Below, in pieces: positions 13,346 to 26,630 of a stretch of 64,000 bases of DNA. The position numbers and the translations under genes were made by a program. Position 1 is the first letter of the stretch; the number at the start of each line of letters is the position of its first letter. The notes under the pieces are model-generated. The model was not told the origin of the DNA, searched no databases, and worked only from the letters and a program-made list of their open reading frames with translations. The stretch spans positions 108,252,001-108,316,000 of the forward strand of contig OX597814.1 of assembly GCA_951406725.2 (NCBI GenBank), read 5' to 3'. Source of the DNA: Octopus vulgaris. Taxonomy: Eukaryota.

Positions 13346-13634
13346 CTCCCAGATATGTGATAACATTACATGATAAAATGTGTGTGTGTGTAGGGGTGGG
13401 GGCAAGGAGTGAAGATGTCCAAATGGCTGTGATTTTCTGTGTTCTCAGCAGGAAGCTAATGAGTTCCAATCTACAAATTGTTGTTGTTGTTGTTTAGCCC
13501 ATGGTCAGTTCTCACCGAGCAGACCTTTTATCGCAGGCATTCCAAGCATGACCATACCTTATTATTCCATTTGAAACTATTTTATTCCTGGGACCACATT
13601 ATCCTCGAAGACGGTAGGGTGGCTTTAAGGGAGT

Positions 13635-14230
13635 CATTGTCATCGTCGTCCTCCTCCTCCCCCTCATCATCATCATCATAATCATCATCATTGTCATCAT
13701 CATCATCATCATCATATCATCATCGTCATCATCATCACCAGCGTCATCATCACCATCGTCATCATCATCATCATCGTCATCATCACCATCATCATCATCA
13801 TCGTCATCGTTTAATGTCTTTTTCGAATGCTGGCATGGGTTAGGCGGTTCAACAGGAGCTGCCCAGCCAGGAAGCTGTTCAGACTCCAATTGTCTGTTGT
13901 GACATGGTTTCTACAGCTGGATGCCCTTCTTAACACCAACCACTTTACAGCCGGAGCTGGGTGCCCTTTTGCGTGCCACCGGCACAGGTGTATTTACATA
14001 GCATCAGCACGGGTGCATTTTAGGTGACAGGACGACAGGTATTTTATTTGGCTTGACACATCTTATCAAGTATAGCAAATCACCACATCCCCTGGTCCCT
14101 TGTCATTTCCTCAGTGAGGCCCAGCATTCCGAAGATCCTTTCTCACCACTTTGTCTCACACCTTCCTGGGGCTACCCCTGCCACAGGTTCCCTCCACAAT
14201 TAGAACTCAGCACTTCTATACGCAGCTGTC
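13635..14230 (-). mobile_element. Family D RTE 3'UTR fragment with an expanded (ATC)n tail
   Basis: (CAT)n at 13640-13810 followed by the reverse complement of the D tail. Confidence 0.75.
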
Positions 14231-15939
14231 CTAGATTGAGTGATTGCATAGAGTCTCCCTTGTCAACTGCTTAAATGCAAGAAAAATACTCAAAGATTGA
14301 AATTTTCACAAGATAACGGAATACAAAGTAAATGAGGGAGAACAGTTCAAACTCTGGAGCTTCCTAATTATGGTTATCTTCTTATCTTTTACTTTTTACT
14401 TATTTCAGTCATTAGACTACGTCCATGCTGGGGCACCACCTTAAAGGAGTTTTAGTGAAATGAATTGACCCCAGGTCTTGTTTTTTTTAAGCCTTGTACT
14501 TCTTTTTTTAGACACTTATGGCAAACTACCAAGTTATGGGGATGTAAACACACAAACACTGGTTGTCAAGCAGTGATGGAATTCAAAGAGACACAAAGAC
14601 ACACATACAAACACATACACTCACTCGCTCTTACATACATGTGCACACACACACATACACACACAGACATACTCACATCACACATGCATATGCATACACA
14701 CACATGTACTCGCATGTGCATGCACACACACACACTGGCTCAGGAATGAAATTTTCAAAGGTGGGTGAAAACCCCAGGTCCAAAAATTTTTACAAACAAG
14801 TTCCTGTTTTTGTTTTTTTTGATCTTTGTGAAGAAACCTAACTTCGAACTTCCTGTTACAGATCACTTTTTATTTATCATTTTCTAAACCTGAGAAAGAT
14901 AAGTAGGGGTGCAAATATCAATTTTGCACCCCACAAAAATTTGAAGGGGGATGCTTGCACCCCCCTTCACCCCAATTCCTTGTACATGCCCACCATGCAT
15001 GTACACGATGGGCTTCTTTCAGTTTCCATCTACCAAATCCACTCACAAGACTTTGGCTGACCTAGGGCTATCGTAGAAGACACTTGCCCAAGGTACCACA
15101 CAGTGGGACTGAATCTGTAGCCATGTGGTTGGGAAGCAAGCTTCTTAGCACACAGTCCTGCCTTCCATACTATGATGGGATGGGTTGGACAGTGCAACAG
15201 GATCTGATGAGCCAGAGGGCTGCATCAAGCTCCAAGTGTCTGTTTTGGCCTGGTTTCCATGGTTGGATGCCCTTCCTAATGCCAACCACTTTACAGAGTG
15301 CACTAAGAGCTTTTTATGTGGCACCAGCACAAGTTAGGTTACTGAGTCATTTGCAAGACAAGACCTTTTTGATTGAGGTGAGCGTATTATTGACAGCAGT
15401 AGCTTTATGTCAGGTGATAAAAGGTTTTATGGCAGGTGTTTAGCTCAATAAAGATGCAGGAGACTGAGGAAATAAGTAGTAGAGTTGAATCATGTGTCTT
15501 GCATTCTTCGAGGTGGTGCTCCAGCATGGCCACAATCAAATGACTGAAACAAGTAAAAGATTGAATGATGATGATGGTGTTGGTGGCGGTGGTTGTGATC
15601 ATCATCATCATCATCATCATCCATGGTTTTAAATCTGAGTTTTGACCCCATTAATGAGGGTGACTGGATCTACCACAATGCCATAGCAACTGAGGCAGAC
15701 AGGTGCAGCATATCCTGAAATTTGGGCTAGCTGGGGCCTGTCTTTCCTTGCTATCATGAGGTTTTTTTAGAACTAGATATTCTACAGGGAGCATGCCCTT
15801 GCTTACCTCCAGCCTCAGTTTCTAGACATGAGTGGTCCTAAGACCAAGCTTCTACTTCGATTTTTAAGAAATGTAGTGGAAAACTAGCTCAGGAAGGCAG
15901 AGACACAACCCCCTGAGGTCCCTTTCAGAGCCCTCTATT

Positions 15940-16260
15940 TGTGATGTTTTCAATAAAGAAGAAAGAATATGTTTCTTTATGGATGGTAGACAAAGATCAT
16001 GAGAAAATAGCAAAATACCAGAAGCTGAGGAACAAACTTCCAAGAATTTGGAACTGCCATAAAGTTATCTTTGAGCTAATTTTAACAGGAATTTTTAGGA
16101 ACGGTTGCCAGAAGTCTGAATGGTTGGTTGAGGGTGTCAGATATCGAGAAAAATGTCCTGACTCTGCAAAAAGCCTGTTTATTTTGCACAGTTTGGATTA
16201 TAAGAAAGGCGCTAGATACCCGAGGTTGCAGGATGCAAGTTGTTGCTTTGTAATCCAATC
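15940..16260 (+). mobile_element. Decayed C-terminal restriction-like endonuclease region of an R4/NeSL-type LINE
   Basis: EKIAKYQKLRNKLPRIWNCHKV resembles the K..KY..L....W...V motif that follows the RLE catalytic core; frameshifted. Confidence 0.55.
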
Positions 16261-16489
16261 CCAGCAATTTTGAGAGGAAGGGATTCACCATTACTATTGA
16301 CTCCAGTATTTGACTGGTAGCTGTCTTTATCGATCCCTAGAGGGATGAAAGGCAAAGTTTACCTGGGTGGAATTTGAACTCAGAACACAATGAGTCAGAG
16401 GAAATGCTGCTGAGCATTTTCTCCAATGCATTAATGGTTCTGTCAACTTCACTACCTTAATAAAGATCATTGTCATCATCATCATCATC

Positions 16490-16880
16490 ATCATTTAATG
16501 TCTGCTTTCCATGCTGCCAAGAGTTGGACGGTTTGACTGGGGACTGGCAAGCCAGGAGGCCACACCAGGCTCCAGTCTGATCCAGCAAAGTTTCAACAGC
16601 TGGATGCCATTCCTAATGCCAACCACTACAAGAGTGTAGTGGGTGCTTTTTATGTGCCACCAGCATGGGAGCCAGTCAGGCAGCACTGGCATCGGCCATG
16701 TTCAGATGGTACTTTTTACATGCCACTGGTACAGGGAGCCAGCTGGGGTTGGCATCGACCACATTCAGATGATGCTTTTTACATGCCACCGGGGAGCACT
16801 GACAACGACCCACTCACAAATGGTATTTATTGTGTGCCACCAGCACGGGAGCCAATCAGGTGGCCCTGGCATTGGCCATA
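16490..16880 (-). mobile_element. Family D RTE 3'UTR fragment
   Basis: Reverse complement of the D tail and its internal repeats. Confidence 0.8.
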
Positions 16881-17719
16881 ACTACAATTTTCTTTTGAGA
16901 CAACAACATCAATATTTTCATGGGTGAGTCAAAGAAAGAAGAGATGCACTGGTGACTTCTCAAAGGACCCTGAGACTAGTGGGGCGGGAGGGGACAGGAA
17001 GAAACGACAACCCATGGCTTATTACAGTAAGAAACACCTCAGAAAGATATTGAGTTATTTCCCCTTACATTATGCATCTGGTCTGCTTATCAACAGAGTA
17101 AACTGTACCAAAGGCGCCCCATCCCCGACCATCACTTCAAAAGGCCATATGGAGATGTTAAACTGGGTCAAAGAATACATCTACCCTTCCAGGAACAGAT
17201 AAGATTATCTGATAGATAACCTGACACTTTCTGTCTGTTGTGTCTCTCTTATGATATTTGGGTTGACTCAATATGATGGTAGAAAATTCTCTGCAGCAAG
17301 ATTGAACTTGAGACCTCATGGTCACCATTTAATGGTGCAGAGTAGGCCAGCCACTTTATAGGAGAGGTTAGATGAACCAGCTGATTCCGGAGATTTGATA
17401 TTTATTTCATCGACCTTGCAGGAATGAAACACAAAAATCCACCCCAGTTTGAAATGTACTACCCCAGTTTGAAGTGTAGAGACAGACTGGACCGATCTTT
17501 TACCTTTTACTTATTTTCTGTCATGAGATTGTGGCCATGCTGGAGCAATGCTTTGAAGAATTTTTAGTTGAATGATTAAACCCCAGTACATTTTTCTTTT
17601 TTTTTTAAAGTCTGGTACTTATTCTATCAATCTCCTTTCCTGAATCACTAAGTTACAGGGATGTAAACACACACACACACACACACAAATATACAACAGG
17701 ATTTGACTGATAATTCCTG

Positions 17720-18150
17720 TGCCACTCTGAGGTACTCTTGTACATTTTCTGTGGTACTCTGAGGTATTTTATTTTATTTACTGTGGTACTGCAAGGTCCA
17801 CTGTTACACTTACAGTTGTACTTTGGAATACCCTGTTACTCTGTATTTCCTGTGATACTCTTTGTTACTCCATATCTAGTGTTGTTCTGTCACATATACT
17901 GTGATACTCTGTTACTTCATATACACTGTGGTACTCTGTTAACTCTATATATACTGTGGTACTCTCTTAATTCACATATACTGTGGTACTCTCTTAATTC
18001 ACATATACTGTGGTATCCTGTTACTGCACATAAACTGTGGAGCTCTGACACATCACAGTTATTATGGTACTCTGAGGTACTCAGTTACTCTGCATTTACT
18101 GAGGTACTTTGTTACTCTCCACAATTAGTCTTGTACTCTATACTTCTGTA
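17720..18150. repeat. Degenerate minisatellite, about 27-bp unit (CTGTGGTACTCTCTTAATTCACATATA)
   Basis: Recurrent CTGTGGTACTCT motif; near-exact tandem copies at ~17954-18015. Confidence 0.7.
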
Positions 18151-18740
18151 ACTTCATCACTATGTCTAACAAGTGAGTATCTATGCAATTACAGTTGTTC
18201 CTCATGAGGCATGTTGGTCATGGATGGAATGCCTTTCATAATAGTAAACTTGGGTTCAATAGCAACAGCTACTACTACTACTACTACTACTACTACTAAA
18301 ATTTGAAACCAATGAAAGAGTCTCTACACAGGTCACACAAACTGCTAGAAATAGCAGCGAGATGCTCCTCATATTTCATCCTACAGTCTTTAAAAGGTAC
18401 ATTAGCTAGTGCACTCCTAGAAACACAGGCTCTTGGAGAAAGATAGGTGGGGGTGGGGGACAGAGAGGCAGGAGTGAGAGACAAGATAGAGAGATGCGGC
18501 AGAGACAAAGAGAGAGACATACAGACAGACAGGAGGAAAGTATTTTAAATTGAGTGTTTTGTGTTTAATCCCGGTTTTATTATAAACATAAAACGTGAAT
18601 CCTCTGCAATTAAACAGAAATTGGTTTTGCAGAAATGCAAGACAAATGGAAGAGAGAAAAAATCTGAATATAGAATGGAAATTAAATGGTGTTTTGCAAA
18701 GAGATCGATTTTATAATGATGACAGAAGGCAGAGCTTTTG

Positions 18741-19095
18741 TCATTGTTGCTTCCCAATCACATGGTTCTGGGTTCAGTTCCATTGTATGGCACCTCAGGC
18801 CAAGTGTTTTCTACGATAACCTCAGGCTGATCAAAGCCTTGTGAGTGGATTGGGAGATGGAAACTGAAAGAAGCCTGTGGTGTGTTTGTGTGTGTGTACC
18901 TAGCTACCTTTAACAACCAATATTGGTGTGTTTATGTCCCTGTAACTTAGCAGTTCAGCAAAAGAGAATGATAGAATAAGTATCAGGCCCCCAAAAAATC
19001 AATAAGCATGTGGGTAGATTCATTTCACTAAAAATTCTTCAAGGTGGTGCCCCAGCATGGCCAGCATCTAAAGACTGAAACAAGTAAAAGATAGA
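18741..19095 (+). mobile_element. Family A SINE
   Basis: Head, CORE-like segment and tail align with the other A copies. Confidence 0.8.
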
Positions 19096-19199
19096 AGATG
19101 AAAAAATCTAATGTTTTCTGGGTTTCAAAACCCTGGATTCTTTTTCTCGTTGGTCTTCATTTGTCTTTTCACTCAATTGTTTGGTTTTTCAGTTTTCAG

Positions 19200-19243
19200 G
19201 TTGCAGAGTTCTGCTACACCACAGTTTACATGTTGGGCAAATG
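19200..19243 (+). other. Candidate 44-nt internal exon of a spliced + strand transcript (lncRNA or micro-ORF)
   Basis: Long pyrimidine tract ending TTTTCAG, and donor ATG|GTAAGG. Confidence 0.45.
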
Positions 19244-19254
19244 GTAAGGAGTAC

Positions 19255-19800
19255 GGAGAGCAAGCTATAAGGAATACGAGGAGCAAGCTATAGGCTATAT
19301 GCAAGACAGAACTATGCTATATGCACAGCAAGCTATAAGCTATATGCTGGATAAGCTATATGCAAGGCAGGCTACAAGCTATATGCAAGGCAGGCTTCAA
19401 GCTATATGCAAGGTGGGCTGCAAGCTATATGCAATGCAAGCTGCAAGCTATATCCTGGACAAGCTATATGCAAGGCAGGTTACAAATATATGCAAGGCAT
19501 GCTGCAAGCTATATGCTGGACAAGCTATATGCAAGGCAGGCTACTGGCTAGATGCAAGGCAGGCTACAAGTTATATGCAAGGCAGGCTACTGGCTAGATG
19601 CAAGGCAGGCTACAAGTTATATGCAAGGCAGGCTACAAGTTATATGCAAGGCAGGTTACAAGCTATATGCTGGACAAGCTATATGCAAAGCAAGCTACAT
19701 GTTGGACAAGCTATATGCAAGGCAGGCTACAAGTTATGTGCAAGGCAGGTTAGAAGTTATATGCAAGGCAGGTTACAAGCTATGTGCAAGGCAGGCTATA
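19255..19800. repeat. Minisatellite, about 23-bp unit CAAGCTATATGCAAGGCAGGCTA
   Basis: More than 20 degenerate tandem copies; explains the overlapping ORFs at 19299-19857. Confidence 0.9.
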
Positions 19801-20005
19801 AGATCCTCTTGGGGGGATTTGAACCTCAACAATAAAATAATCAGTTTGCAATCATGAGTATACATCTACAGTTTCAACCAATCAGTTTGAAGCTGTGATG
19901 TGATATGGCTTTTTGAAAATTCTAGAAATTTTCACCCCTGTTAAATTCTAGAAATTTGCTAAATTTCAGAAATTTGCACTCTAGTTAAATAGTTTGGCAC
20001 CTAAA

Positions 20006-20400
20006 TCACAACAGACCACAGTAATCCTTCAAGCAAGACAGGTCACAACAGATCACAGCTATCATTCAAGCAAGACAGGTCACAACAGACCACAGCTATC
20101 CTTCAAGCAAGACAGGTCACAACAGACCACAGTAATCCTTCAAGCAAGACAGGTCACAACAGACCACAGCTATCCTTCAAGCAAGACAGGTCACAACAGA
20201 CCACAGCTATCCTTCAAGCAAGACAGGTCACAACAGACCACAGTAATCCTTCAAGCAAGACAGGTCACAACAGACCACAGCTATCCTTCAAGCAAGACAG
20301 GTCACAACAGACCACAGCTATCCCTTCAAGCAAGACAGGTCACAACAGATCACAGCTATCCTTCAAGCAAGACAGGTCACAACAGATTACAACTAGCTTT
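20006..20400. repeat. 37-bp minisatellite with a 111-bp higher-order periodicity
   Basis: GTCACAACAGACCACAGCTATCCTTCAAGCAAGACAG x~10; the GTAATCC variant falls at 20021, 20132 and 20243. Confidence 0.9.
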
Positions 20401-20480
20401 CAAACAAAACACATTGTGGTTCTCTTCTCCAAACTTCAACGATGTGCAATGGTTGTTGTATCTTCACTTTTCTCTTCCAG

Positions 20481-20610
20481 ACAGCTAAATGTCTAAGCCA
20501 ATGCTGTAAATCTTATTCTTGCTTACTATTCTGATAACCAGTGAATCTGTGATAATTTGCATGTTTATGTGCACAGTTTTCTATCAATAAAATACAGTTG
20601 AGTGTTCATG
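20481..20610 (+). other. Candidate terminal exon with poly(A) signal
   Basis: Acceptor TCTTCACTTTTCTCTTCCAG| at 20480; AATAAA at 20586-20591. Confidence 0.4.
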
Positions 20611-20780
20611 AGTTTGTTTATTCAATATTCCATAGAGCTAGCCCGATCAAGATATGCCATTATGCTTTCTAACGATAAGTCACACAAATATTCAAGCTCT
20701 CGATTCTGTATTCAGTCAGTAGTATCTGTATTTCACTGGCATAGAAGTGTGGTAAAAGGGTAGAGTAGAATTTCTTGTCT

Positions 20781-21089
20781 GAGACCCCTTTCGGTCATGA
20801 TTGACCATGGGATTGCACCTAGAAAGTTACCCTCCCAGGCACAAGTCCGGGCAACTCCCATGCATACCGGCCTCCCCTCTCCACACCACTGATGTTATCC
20901 AAGGGAAAGGTAAAGGGGCCGATACAGCTTGGCACCTGTGACGTCGCAACTCATTTCTACAGCTGAGTGAACTGGAGCAACGTGAAATAAAGTGTCTTGC
21001 TCAAGAACACAACACGCAGCCCGGTCTGGGATTCGATCTCACAACCTCACAATCGTAAGCTCGACGTTCTTACCACTGAGCCATGTGCC
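20781..21089 (-). mobile_element. tRNA-derived SINE, family C, with a 10-bp TSD
   Basis: tRNA-like head at ~21030-21089; TSD TTTCTTGTCT at 20771-20780 and 21090-21099; a sister copy lies at 26090-26430. Confidence 0.85.
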
Positions 21090-21583
21090 TTTCTTGTCTA
21101 AGCCTACAAATAAATAAGCATAACAGAGACAACAGCTACATGTTATTAACCTTTTTAATTAATCATAACACAAAGAGACTTCTGAGATCCCTTCATTTAT
21201 ATCACATAGGAGAGAAGGGTGTTGCTATAGTTCCATAAACTACCAATATGTTTCAGTTTTAGTTTTCACTCCTCCTGGGCTGATAAAATAAAGTACTGGG
21301 GTCAATTTGATCAAAACTATTCCCCTTCAATAGTTGAGGTCATGTGACAATGTTAGATAGAAATTGCTAATTTGACTTTCAAACAGTAAGTAGTTACGTC
21401 CCCTTATGTACAGTTATTTTTCTACTGTAAAGAGTATGTGAAATGGTCGAGAGTTCAGTGACAAAGTTCCACTCCAAACTGCACACCCCATACACCCCAT
21501 TCCATATGCCACATTAAAATAAATGACATGATAAATAGCTCAATGATTTAGTCCCACTCTACACTCGACAGTTCAGTGATTAA

Positions 21584-21805
21584 CCCTTTCGCTACCAACT
21601 CAGTTGAAACTGGCTCTGGCTCTGTTGTACAAATGTCTCGTTTTCAAAAGTTTTTAATAAAAATCTTCCACCAAACCTTAGTCACAATTTATGTTCCTAA
21701 CACAAGCTTAATGATAACTAAGTCATTTTACAAAATTGTTTGTTATATTTAAAATTAATTGAAAGAAACACAGAGCATCTCAAAATAAATATAGTAAGGA
21801 AAGGG
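21584..21805. mobile_element. piggyBac-type MITE
   Basis: TTAA on both sides and CCCTTT...AAAGGG termini; copies at ~49820-49980, 62483-62683 and 62715-62933. Confidence 0.8.
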
Positions 21806-22104
21806 TTAAGGTGCACTTCACACTTCATATTCCACACTCAACAGTAAAAACAGCAAGGGAGGTAGGGGACAGTTCAATAACTCAGTCCCATTCCACACTA
21901 AATACTCCAGGAACTTACTCTCACTTGACATTCAGCAGTTCTTAACCATTCTTTACCCATGGGTCCCTTTGATTCCTGTTTACTTAGGTAGACCCTCATA
22001 GTCATTCAATGTTTAAAACAGGGGTCTCCAGTGTGGTTGATATCGACCCCTAGGGGGTTGATGCGAGTAAATGCACATCTACTTAATTATTATTATTATT
22101 TATT

Positions 22105-22345
22105 TACTTTCTTATTTCTTTATTGCCCACAGGGGTCTAAACACAGAGGGGACAAACAAGGACAGACAAACAGATTAAGTAGATTATATTGACTCCAGTG
22201 CGTAACTGGTACTTATTTAATTGATCCTGAAAGGATGAAAGGCAAAGTCGACCTCAGCAAAATTTGAACTCAGAACGTTGCGGTAGACGAAATACCGCTA
22301 AGCAATTCGCCTGGCATGCTAACATTTCTGCCAGCTCGCCACCTT
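22105..22345 (-). mobile_element. SINE family B
   Basis: Reverse complement of GGCGAGCTGGCAGAAA...GAGTTCAAATT...GTCGACTTTGCCTTTCATCCTTTC...AAGTACCAGTT. Confidence 0.85.
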
Positions 22346-22502
22346 TTGTGTACATGTTTGGGGGTTCGTGAGGGAGTCAAGGATTCCATGAAGGGGCCAA
22401 AGGTCTCTGGTTTAAAACATTTTATAATTAAATTTTAGGAATTGTATAAAAAATTGTTAAAATCTTTTTGTGTGTCGTAGAAGTATAACCAGCCTATTGT
22501 CC

Positions 22503-22894
22503 TTTATCTCCTACTTGTTTTAGTCATTAGATTGTGGCCATGCTGGAGCACTGTCTTGAAGAATTTTTGGTTCAATGAGTCGACTGCAGGACTTGTTTTT
22601 TTTAAAGCCTGGTACTTGTTCTATTGATCTCTTTTGCCAAATTGCTAAGTTATGGAGATGGAAACAAACCAACACCGGTTGTGAAGCAGTGGTGGGAGGC
22701 AAACACAGATACAAAGACACACGCACACAGACACACACACACAATGGGCTTCTTTCAGTTTCCATCTTCCAGATCCACTCACAAGGCTTTGGTCAGCCCG
22801 ATGCTGTAGTAGAAGACACTTTCCCAGGGTGCCACACAGTGGGACTGAACCCAGAACCATGTGGTTGGGAAGCATATTTCTTACCACACAGCCA
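22503..22894 (-). mobile_element. Family A SINE, inserted within hAT-like MITE remnants (~21935-22940)
   Basis: Aligns with the A consensus; flanking CAGCAGTTCTTAACC and GGCTGAGAGCCACTG resemble decayed hAT termini. Confidence 0.8.
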
Positions 22895-23326
22895 CGGATC
22901 CCCAAGGGTCAACTAGACCCTGGCTGAGAGCCACTGGTCTAAGTGATACCACTAACAATTCTACCAGCTCTCAGATTGTCCAGTTGATGTGCCAGTCCAG
23001 CCCATTAGCTCTTCAGTAATTGCGATTCTCTAACAGACGAGACATGGCAATGGAATTATTACCATTCCATTGATAGTGTTGATTATAAAGTAATGTCTTT
23101 TATGAAGAAAATATATTGGATTGTCTCCAATAGATTCAACAGAAGAACCAGAACCATGGATAATTGAATATCAGAGGAAATATTTGGCAGAGTGTCTTTC
23201 TCAGAGAGATATTTACCGAAAATTGAATTATCTTCAAACCATGCACAAGAATCTTTATTTCTCTTTGGTTATTTTTGCATCTTTGAAAAAAACAGGATTT
23301 CTTCATTTTTGCGCTTGGTTTGCAGT

Positions 23327-23678
23327 GTGGCTGTGTGGTAAGAAGTTTGCTTCCCAACCACGTGGTTCTGAGTTCGGTCCTACTGTGTGGCACCTTGAGC
23401 AAGTTTCTTCTACTATAACCCCAGGCTGACCAAAATCTTGTCTGGGGATTTGGTAGAAGAAAATTGAAAGAAGCCTGTTGTGTGTGTGTATGAATATATA
23501 TTTATGTATGCATGTTTATGTGTGTGTTTGTCACCGTCCATCTCACACCCCTTGACAACCATTTTTGGTGTGCTTACACCTTCATAACTTGGCAATTTAG
23601 TAAAAGAGATTAATAGAATAAGTACCTGGTTTAATAATAACAACAACAACAACAACAACCATAATAATAATGATGATG

Positions 23679-23742
<64 letters not shown>

Positions 23743-23830
23743 GCACTGTAGTAGATTCGTTCAGTAAAAATTCTTCAAAGTGGTGCTCCAGCATGGCCAC
23801 AGTCTAGTGACTGAAACAATTAAAAAGTGA
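23327..23830 (+). mobile_element. Family A SINE with an internal (AAT)n expansion
   Basis: A head and tail; (AAT)n at ~23660-23742. Confidence 0.8.
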
Positions 23831-24188
23831 AAAAAAAAAGTTTAAGATTCTTGATGTGAATTTATATGTTGAAATGGATTTTGCTGTATCTTGGGAGGGT
23901 CATTATGCTAACGATAAACACATGCACTGAATGTGGGAGACAGACATGAAGCAGATCTGAAGTAGAGAGAGGAGATGTCATTGATGAGATGGTCATGGCT
24001 GAACAATTAATCAAATAGTCAATGAATTAACTGGTTAAATGACTAACCAATTAATTTATAACAATAAAAGAAGTGAAATAGGACCAGTGTGTGTTTATTA
24101 TTCACATAATGATCCTCTCAAGATACAACAAAAACAGAATTCTTGTGAATATCAGTAGAATATACAGCATTAAAAAATTGTTAAATAT

Positions 24189-24319
24189 TCTTTTCTACTC
24201 TAGACTCAAGGCCAGAAATTTTGGGGAAGGGGGCTAGTCGATTAGATTGACCCCAGTACGCAACTGGTACTTAATTTATCGACCCTGAAAGGATGAAAGG
24301 TAAAGTCAACCTCAGCAGG
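24189..24319 (-). mobile_element. 5'-truncated family B SINE with a 17-bp TSD
   Basis: AAAAAATTGTTAAATAT at 24172-24188 and 24320-24336. Confidence 0.85.
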
Positions 24320-25869
24320 AAAAAATTGTTAAATATCATAAAAAATGGAATTACCTGTAACTAATTAGTAATTCTTCAAGACTTCTTCATAACAATTTGT
24401 TTAAGCAGTAAGGGTGTCACCCTCTACAGTCATTAATTCATTGACTGGCAGGACCCATAGAAATTCCACAACTAATTTTGTGGTTCAGTGTTAGCCATAA
24501 ACATTTCCCCACTCAGTAATGATGTGTCATTTCTTTTGTAATTCTTTGAATAATTTCAAGGAAATCTTGTCTGATCTCTTCAATCATGTTTTCCTCTTTT
24601 AACCTATTTTTGTCTCATTCTGGTTTGTGTAAAATATTCTTGCTTATCACCATCGTTCGTATTTTGTCTTCTTTTTGATTAGCTATTTTCATTATTTCCT
24701 TTCTATTAGCTTCAACTTTGTTATTCATCATCAGACTCTGCCTCATCACATACTTTTACTTTCACTTCTTCTCAGTATGACAGATTTTTTACACCACAGG
24801 AACCTACTTTTTTACACCACAGGAACCTGCTTTTTTACACCACAGGAACTTGCTTAATATGTAATTAGTTATAATTAATTTTTAAAACTCCCTTGAAATG
24901 GAAGAAATGGAGAAATGAGGACTAACTGCATTGATATTTACAAAACTAGAATTCTTCACCCCACAACGATCTTCAAGGTTAGGAAATACTTGAAACCTTA
25001 ACTGTTATTAATTCACTACAAAGTTCCAGTAAGACAGACACAGGAATTTATATCATTCCTATGGTTGAAGCAAGGTGAATGAGATATATTCATTGTGTAA
25101 TGGATGACTCTAGTTGGTGGTTATATGAACAAGTCTTGAGAATGGCATTGAGAGCTCAGTGTGGGGTCTTGGCTATGGGGTTTGAATAGGATTTTAAAAA
25201 TTTAAAGAACTCATAAAATTATGGAATAACTTCAAAAGATTGATATGTAGAACTTTAGTAGTTACTAACCAGACTGACCTGTGCTGGTGCCATGAAAAAT
25301 GCACTTGTATTGGTATCACATAAAAAGCACCTGTGCTGGTGCCACAGAAAAAACACCCAGAACACCCTGTAAAGTGGTTGGCATTAGTAACAACCAGTGT
25401 TGGTTTGTTTATGTCTCCATAACTTAGCAGTTCATCAAATGGAACAATGGAATAAGTACCAGGCTTTTTAAAAAAATGTATCAACTGGGGTTGATACATT
25501 TGATTAAAAAATTCCTCGAGGCTGTAGTCTAATGACTCGAACAAGTAAAAGATAAAAAATAAACGACAGAGAAGTGCAACAAATAAATAAGACTGCTGGA
25601 AAATGTTGTTGTCTGCAACTAGATTGAAAATATGCAAATAGGCAACTAATTAAATGAGTTTTTCTCAAAGTATTTAGTGTGTTTTACATATTGAAAATTT
25701 TATTAATTTGAAAAATTAATTAGATCTTCGTTATGATAAAGTTGAACATTTAAACAAATTTCTAAATTATACAGGTTATGAATAATTATTTTTTAATGAT
25801 ATCTATGACTTCTTAATGAACTGTAACTGATAATCAATCAATAATTAATCAAATTAAATTACACATCCA

Positions 25870-26630
25870 TATCTTTTATCTTTTATTTGTTTCAGTCATT
25901 AGGCTGTGGCCATGCTGGATCACTGCCTTGAAGAATTTTCGGTCAAATGAATTGACACTAGTACTTTATTTTATTAAGCCTGGCTCTTATACTATTGGTC
26001 ACTTTTGCCAAATAGCTAAGTTACATAACCACACCAATGCAGGTTCTCTGGTGGTGGCACAGACACAAAGACACATACACATAGATATAGGGTGACCACC
26101 TTCGGTCATGATTGACCATGGGATTGTACCTAGAAAATTACCCTCCGAGGCACAAGTCCAGGCAAGGTTGTTTTATGGAAGGCCAGCAGTTGCCCATGCA
26201 TACCAGTATTCCCTCTCCCCACCACTGATGTTATCCAAGGGAAAGGCAAAGGGGCCGATGCAGCTTGGCACCAGTGACGTCACAACTCATTTCTACAGAC
26301 GAGTGAACTGGAGCAACGTGAAATAAAGTGTCTTGCTCAAGAACACAACTCGCAGCCCGGTCCGGGAACCAAACTCACAACCTCATGATCATAAGCTCGA
26401 TACTCTAACCACTGAGCCATACACCTTCACACACATAGATATACATTGATATATATATATATATATATATATGATAGGCTTCTTTCAGTTTCCATCTACC
26501 AAACCTACTCACAAGGTTTTGGTTGGCCTGAAGCTACAGAAGAAAGACACTTGCCCAAGGTGCCACACAGTGGGACTGAACCCTGAACCATGTGGTTGGG
26601 AAGCAAACTTTTTACCACACAGCCATGCCT
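25870..26630 (-). mobile_element. Family A SINE containing a nested family C SINE (26090-26430)
   Basis: The C copy is flanked by the 13-bp TSD ACACATAGATATA (26077-26089 and 26431-26443). Confidence 0.85.

Noticed and set aside
16924-17202. QPMAYYSKK resembling a Gypsy RNase H motif
   Set aside because: A single short motif with no other pol motifs nearby.
19255-20400. Regular short repeats resembling CRISPR arrays or repeat proteins
   Set aside because: No unique spacers, no cas genes, eukaryotic context; unit lengths of 23 and 37 bp are not multiples of 3.
23037-23260. Protein-like ORF segment (EPEPWIIEYQRKYLAECLSQRDIYRKL)
   Set aside because: No ATG or phase-consistent splice pair, and no recognised homology.
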